Positions 58,748 to 64,000 of a stretch of 64,000 nt of DNA are shown here, piece by piece. The notes below the pieces were generated by a model. The model made no database searches, was not told where the DNA came from, and saw nothing but the letters and a program-made list of their open reading frames with translations. The first letter of the stretch is position 1. The number at the start of each line of letters is the position of its first letter. A program made the translations under genes and the position numbers. This DNA is from an uncultured Desulfobacter sp. (GTDB lineage Bacteria > Desulfobacterota > Desulfobacteria > Desulfobacterales > Desulfobacteraceae). The stretch covers positions 4,864,001 through 4,928,000 of the forward strand of contig OY762069.1 of the NCBI GenBank assembly GCA_963665095.1. The letters run 5' to 3'.

Positions 58748-61102
58748 ATGATCAGCATATCCAGGTTTTTTAATCCAGAGGAAGGGCCTGAAAAGGAGAA
58801 AAAAAACCTTCCTCTGGTACCGCTCAGGGATATTGTTCTTTTTCCACACGTTACAACGTCTATTTTCGTGGGAAGGGATAAATCCATACGCGCGTTGTCC
58901 CAGGCAATGGCCGGGGATAAAAAAATATTCCTTACTACCCAGAAAGATCCTGAAGTTTTAAAGCCAACCATTCAAGATATTTTTCAGGTCGGTACTGAAT
59001 CTCAGATCACCCAGTTGCTGCGGTTACCGGACGGTACAGTCAAGGCACTTGTAGAAGGGGTTGAGCGGGGGCGTATCATAAAGATGACAGACCAGGATGG
59101 CTATCAGGTTGTAGACTTTCTTGGTGTTTTGGAAACGCCTTTGTCCGACGCCACTGCTGATGCCGCCATTCGAACAGTGCGCGAGGCGTTTCAACGTTAC
59201 GCCAGTTTGTCCGGGGTGGTTTCCAAAAGCTTTTTCAAAGGTCTGGATACCCTGGAGCAATACCCGTCAAGATATGTGGATACCATTGCAGCTCAGCTTC
59301 CCTTCAAGGTTCATGACAAGCAGAACCTTTTGGAGTGTGGAGATATTGAGGAACGCTTTTTTCAGCTTTTAAAACTGATCCAGAAAGAAACAGAGGTTTT
59401 TTCCATGTCCCAGAAGATCAAGGGGCGGGTTAAAGAACAGATGGAAAAGCTTCAGAAGCGTCACTATCTAAACGAGCAGATGCGGGCCATCCAGAAAGAG
59501 ATGGGCGATGATGGCGAGGGTGGCGAGTTTTCAGATCTTGAGAAAAAGATCCGGGCCAAGCGGATGCCCAAAGAGGCTGCCGGAGTTGTCCGCAGGGAAC
59601 TTGAGAAGCTCAAGATGATGTCTGCAACATCGTCTGAGGCCACAGTTGTTAGAAACTACATCGACTGGCTGGTGGGTCTTCCCTGGTACCGTAAAAAACG
59701 GGTGAAACATGAGCTTATAAAAGCGGAACAGATTCTGGATCATGATCATTATGGCTTGAGAAAGCCTAAGGAAAGGATACTTGAGTATCTGGCGGTTCAG
59801 GCTTTGGTAAAGAAAATAAAAGGCCCGATTTTATGTCTGGTGGGGCCTCCTGGGGTCGGAAAAACATCACTTGCAAGATCCGTTGCCACGGCCACTGGAC
59901 GCGCATTTGCCAGAATTTCCCTTGGCGGGGTCCGAGATGAGGCTGAAATCCGGGGGCATAGAAGAACCTATGTGGGCGCCATGCCCGGAAAGATTCTTCA
60001 GACCCTTAAAAAGGTGGGTTACAATAATCCGGTCTTTTGCCTGGATGAGATCGATAAGATGACAAGTGACTTCAGAGGCGATCCCTCATCTGCACTTCTG
60101 GAAGCTCTTGATCCTGAACAAAATAAAAATTTTAACGATCATTATCTGGAAGTGGATTATGACCTGTCCGAAATTTTGTTCATTACCACAGCCAATACCT
60201 TGCATGAGATTCCGGCCCCTTTGCGGGACAGAATGGAAGTAATTCAAATTCCTGGATACACAGAATTTGAAAAATATAATATTGCCGTGGGGTATCTCAT
60301 TCCCAAACAGATGCGTGAGAATGGACTTGATGAATCGGATGTCTCTTTTTCTAAAAATGCTGTTCATACCATTATTAAGCTGTATACCAAAGAGGCTGGG
60401 GTAAGGAATCTGGAACGTGAACTCTCCTCTGTTTTAAGAAAAATTGCCACCAACATTGTGCGCACGAACACCAGAAAAAAGCACATCGTTACAGCCGGTA
60501 CGGTTTCTAAATATCTGGGCCAGTCCAAGTTCAGGAATTCTATTCTGGAACTGGAAGATAAAACCGGTATCGTCACAGGGCTCGCCTGGACTCAGGCCGG
60601 CGGGGAGCTGTTGACCATTGAGGCGGTAACCATGCCTGGTAAAGGTAAGGTGATGGTGACTGGGAAGCTTGGGGATGTGATGAAAGAAAGTTCCCAGGCC
60701 GCTATGTCCTATGTCCGGTCAAGAAGCACGGATCTGAAAATTCGGGAAGACTTTTACAAGGATACTGATATTCATATTCATGTGCCCGAAGGTGCCATAC
60801 CAAAAGACGGTCCTTCTGCAGGTATTGCCATGTGTACCGCACTGGTTTCCATACTTACCGGTCGGCCGGTGAGCCGGAAAGTGGCCATGACCGGTGAGAT
60901 TACATTGCGTGGCAGGGTGTTGCCCATTGGCGGCCTTAAGGAAAAACTTCTGGCAGCCCATGCCAACGGGATAACAAAGGTTATCGTGTGTGAAGAAAAT
61001 CGAAAAGATATTAGAGAAGTCCCTAAAGCCGTGCAAAAACAGCTGGACATAGTTTATGTGGAAAATATGGCTGAGGTCTTGACACATGCCCTGGTTGCAT
61101 GA
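58748..61102 (+). CDS. lon: Lon protease
   Basis: GPPGVGKTS, RRTYVGAMPG, LDEIDK, PKDGPSAG and IGGLKEK. Confidence 0.98.
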   Translation: MISISRFFNPEEGPEKEKKNLPLVPLRDIVLFPHVTTSIFVGRDKSIRALSQAMAGDKKIFLTTQKDPEVLKPTIQDIFQVGTESQITQLLRLPDGTVKALVEGVERGRIIKMTDQDGYQVVDFLGVLETPLSDATADAAIRTVREAFQRYASLSGVVSKSFFKGLDTLEQYPSRYVDTIAAQLPFKVHDKQNLLECGDIEERFFQLLKLIQKETEVFSMSQKIKGRVKEQMEKLQKRHYLNEQMRAIQKEMGDDGEGGEFSDLEKKIRAKRMPKEAAGVVRRELEKLKMMSATSSEATVVRNYIDWLVGLPWYRKKRVKHELIKAEQILDHDHYGLRKPKERILEYLAVQALVKKIKGPILCLVGPPGVGKTSLARSVATATGRAFARISLGGVRDEAEIRGHRRTYVGAMPGKILQTLKKVGYNNPVFCLDEIDKMTSDFRGDPSSALLEALDPEQNKNFNDHYLEVDYDLSEILFITTANTLHEIPAPLRDRMEVIQIPGYTEFEKYNIAVGYLIPKQMRENGLDESDVSFSKNAVHTIIKLYTKEAGVRNLERELSSVLRKIATNIVRTNTRKKHIVTAGTVSKYLGQSKFRNSILELEDKTGIVTGLAWTQAGGELLTIEAVTMPGKGKVMVTGKLGDVMKESSQAAMSYVRSRSTDLKIREDFYKDTDIHIHVPEGAIPKDGPSAGIAMCTALVSILTGRPVSRKVAMTGEITLRGRVLPIGGLKEKLLAAHANGITKVIVCEENRKDIREVPKAVQKQLDIVYVENMAEVLTHALVA

Positions 61103-61126
61103 CAACCTCTTTGTATATAAAATATT

Positions 61127-61166
61127 AAACCGCTGCTTTGAAAAATGTCAGAGCAGCGGTTTTTTT
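61127..61166 (+). terminator. Intrinsic terminator after lon (may be bidirectional with rho)
   Basis: AAACCGCTGCTTTGA ... TCAGAGCAGCGGTTT followed by a T run. Confidence 0.8.
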
Positions 61167-61193
61167 GTCACATAAAGGCTTCAAAAGAGGTCT

Positions 61194-62273
61194 TTATAAT
61201 TGAAAATCTTCGATCATAGACAGAAATTCAGACATGGCTGTAACCTCGTCCTTTGTGGCAATATTGCGACGAATGTTAACTATGGTTTCGTACTCTTCCG
61301 GATCCATTAGCAGATCTTCTTTCCGTGTGCCTGATTTATTGATGTTGATGGCAGGCCATATCCGTTGCTCTGCGCACTCTCTGGAGAGAAAAAGGTCCAT
61401 GTTACCGGTACCTTTGAATTCCTGGAAAATTACATCATCCATACGGCTGCCGGTGTCCACTAAAATTGTAGCAATGATTGTCAATGATCCACCGTTTTCA
61501 AGCTTGCGGGCAGCCCCAAAAATTTTCCTTGGAAACTCCATAGCATTGGCGCCAAGGCCACCGGTCATTGTTTTTCCATAGGAATCAGTGTCAATATTAA
61601 ACGCCCGGGTCATCCGGGTTAGGGAATCAATAAAAACCACTGCATCCTGGCCTATCTCTGCGCACCGAATAGCCGTATGCAGTGCAAGTCGGGTCATTCT
61701 CATATGCTGTCCGATCTGCTGGTCAGCTGAAGAGTATAGTACATGGGCTTCAGTTAAACCCCGCTGAAAGTCTGTGACCTCTTCAGGGCGTTCATCCACA
61801 AGCAGCACAAATACCTTCGCATCCGGATGGTTTGCCACCACTGAATTGGCCATATGTCTCAATATAGTTGTTTTCCCGGATTTGGGCGGGGAAATGATGA
61901 GCCCCCGCTGTCCCATGCCAATCGGGACGATCAGGTCCAGGGCTCTGCCGGTTATATCTTCAGGGCTCTGGGCAAGATGATATCTTTCGTAAGGATTAAT
62001 GCTGACCTGTTCCTGAAGCATTGGCGTTCTTATGAACTCGTCAAAGGGGAGCTGATTAATGGTCTCAATGCGTATAAGCGCCAGGTTGACATTCTGTGGG
62101 CTCTTTTTTTCGCCGTAGCCCTGGATGAAGCTGCCTTCCCTGAGATTGAGCTTACGTATCAGACTGTTGGGTACATAGGGATTTTCAGGCCTGGGCTGAA
62201 AGTTATCCTCAATATTTCGAAGAAAACCAAACCCTTTGTCCATGATTTCCAGATATCCCTGAACTGGTTCCAT
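61194..62273 (-). CDS. rho: Transcription termination factor Rho, short form lacking the N-terminal helical domain
   Basis: KGFGFLR RNA-binding motif at residue ~13; PIGMGQRGLI, PPKSGKT, VDERPEEVTD, DSLTR and EFKGTGNM; GGAG RBS upstream of the ATG. Confidence 0.92.
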   Translation of the reverse strand: MEPVQGYLEIMDKGFGFLRNIEDNFQPRPENPYVPNSLIRKLNLREGSFIQGYGEKKSPQNVNLALIRIETINQLPFDEFIRTPMLQEQVSINPYERYHLAQSPEDITGRALDLIVPIGMGQRGLIISPPKSGKTTILRHMANSVVANHPDAKVFVLLVDERPEEVTDFQRGLTEAHVLYSSADQQIGQHMRMTRLALHTAIRCAEIGQDAVVFIDSLTRMTRAFNIDTDSYGKTMTGGLGANAMEFPRKIFGAARKLENGGSLTIIATILVDTGSRMDDVIFQEFKGTGNMDLFLSRECAEQRIWPAININKSGTRKEDLLMDPEEYETIVNIRRNIATKDEVTAMSEFLSMIEDFQL

Positions 62274-62524
62274 AGCCGACTCCTAACTATGCAGTGTTGG
62301 TGAATTGATAAGCAAGGCCGTATTTGGGTATTTCCTGTTTATGACTATTTAAAGGAAAAGATAATGATAAGATCTTGCATTAAATTAGTTTAAATACCTA
62401 TAGTTCTGTTGGAGGAATATACCAATGCAAACTCGTTTTTGCAAGGATTTGGTTAAAGATTTATACATAAGTAGGTATAATTTGCCGTAAAAAGTTTCTT
62501 TTGAAATAAAAAACACAAATATAC

Positions 62525-62553
62525 TTGACACGTCATTGGGCAATTGATATAAC
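62525..62553 (+). promoter_or_regulatory. Sigma-70 promoter of the tRNA pair
   Basis: TTGACA-17 nt-TATAAC ending 12 nt before tRNA-Val. Confidence 0.75.
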
Positions 62554-62565
62554 CCCTCTGTTTTT

Positions 62566-62641
62566 GGGCGATTAACTCAGCTGGGAGAGTGCAAGCCTTA
62601 CAAGCTTGAAGTCGCAGGTTCGATCCCTGCATCGCCCACCA
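62566..62641 (+). tRNA. tRNA-Val (anticodon TAC)
   Basis: GGGCGAT/ATCGCCC acceptor stem, CAAGC-CTTACAA-GCTTG anticodon arm, GGTTCGATCC T loop and encoded CCA; 76 nt. Confidence 0.97.
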
Positions 62642-62656
62642 AAAACAGCGGATTAC

Positions 62657-62733
62657 GGGGGTGTAGTTCAGTTGGTTAGAACGCTAGCCTGTCACGCTAG
62701 AGGCCGCGAGTTCGAGTCTCGTCACTCCCGCCA
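62657..62733 (+). tRNA. tRNA-Asp (anticodon GTC)
   Basis: GGGGGTG/CACTCCC acceptor stem, CTAGC-CTGTCAC-GCTAG anticodon arm, GTTCGAGTC and encoded CCA; 77 nt. Confidence 0.97.
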
Positions 62734-62742
62734 CAATATAAT

Positions 62743-62778
62743 AAAAGACTTTTAGAATTTTCTGAAAGTCTTTTTTTT
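62743..62778 (+). terminator. Intrinsic terminator after the tRNA pair
   Basis: AAAAGACTTTTAGA-ATTT-TCTGAAAGTC followed by a run of 8 T. Confidence 0.7.
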
Positions 62779-62929
62779 CTCGATAGAACAGCAGTCCGCT
62801 TTTTATGAATTCAAAGAAAAAGACTGTTAAAGAAAAATTATATACAGAATCCCGGTGCAGGTCTTACTGTCACCGGGATTTTTATTTGATCTCTGCAGGA
62901 AATGCCTTGTTTGGCCAATAAGTTTAAAA

Positions 62930-64000
<1,071 letters not shown>

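Overview
A gene-dense chromosomal window, most likely from an anaerobic sulfate-reducing deltaproteobacterium (Desulfobacteraceae-like; inferred from gene content, not from a marker gene). Core genes include dapL, two moeA paralogues, uppP, a PMM/PGM, a UvrD-type helicase, tig-clpP-clpX-lon, rho, tRNA-Val, tRNA-Asp and a partial leuB. It also carries a periplasmic [NiFe] hydrogenase operon, a hybrid kinase plus a REC-PAS-GGDEF-EAL pair, a wtpABC-type tungstate/molybdate transporter and an orphan motAB. The most striking signal is at 17.3-19.4 kb. Two ORFs that the track splits are in frame across a single TGA (17563-17565), which is followed by a bacterial SECIS-like hairpin. Read through, they give a 446-aa exported cytochrome c with 11 CxxCH motifs and a probable selenocysteine (GEG-U-GG). 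It lies directly upstream of a periplasmic rhodanese and divergent from a TauE/SafE transporter, making a candidate selenium-dependent sulfur-redox module. Other observations: a 98-bp MITE with a 6-bp target duplication; a 74-bp palindrome that contains the stop codons of two convergent genes; an FGGY kinase / class III aminotransferase / class II aldolase cluster of unknown substrate; a tandem PgsA-like/PssA-like fusion; a 1396-aa internally duplicated membrane protein; a single-Cys DksA; and a Rho lacking its N-terminal domain. All calls come from reading motifs by eye; no database searches were run.
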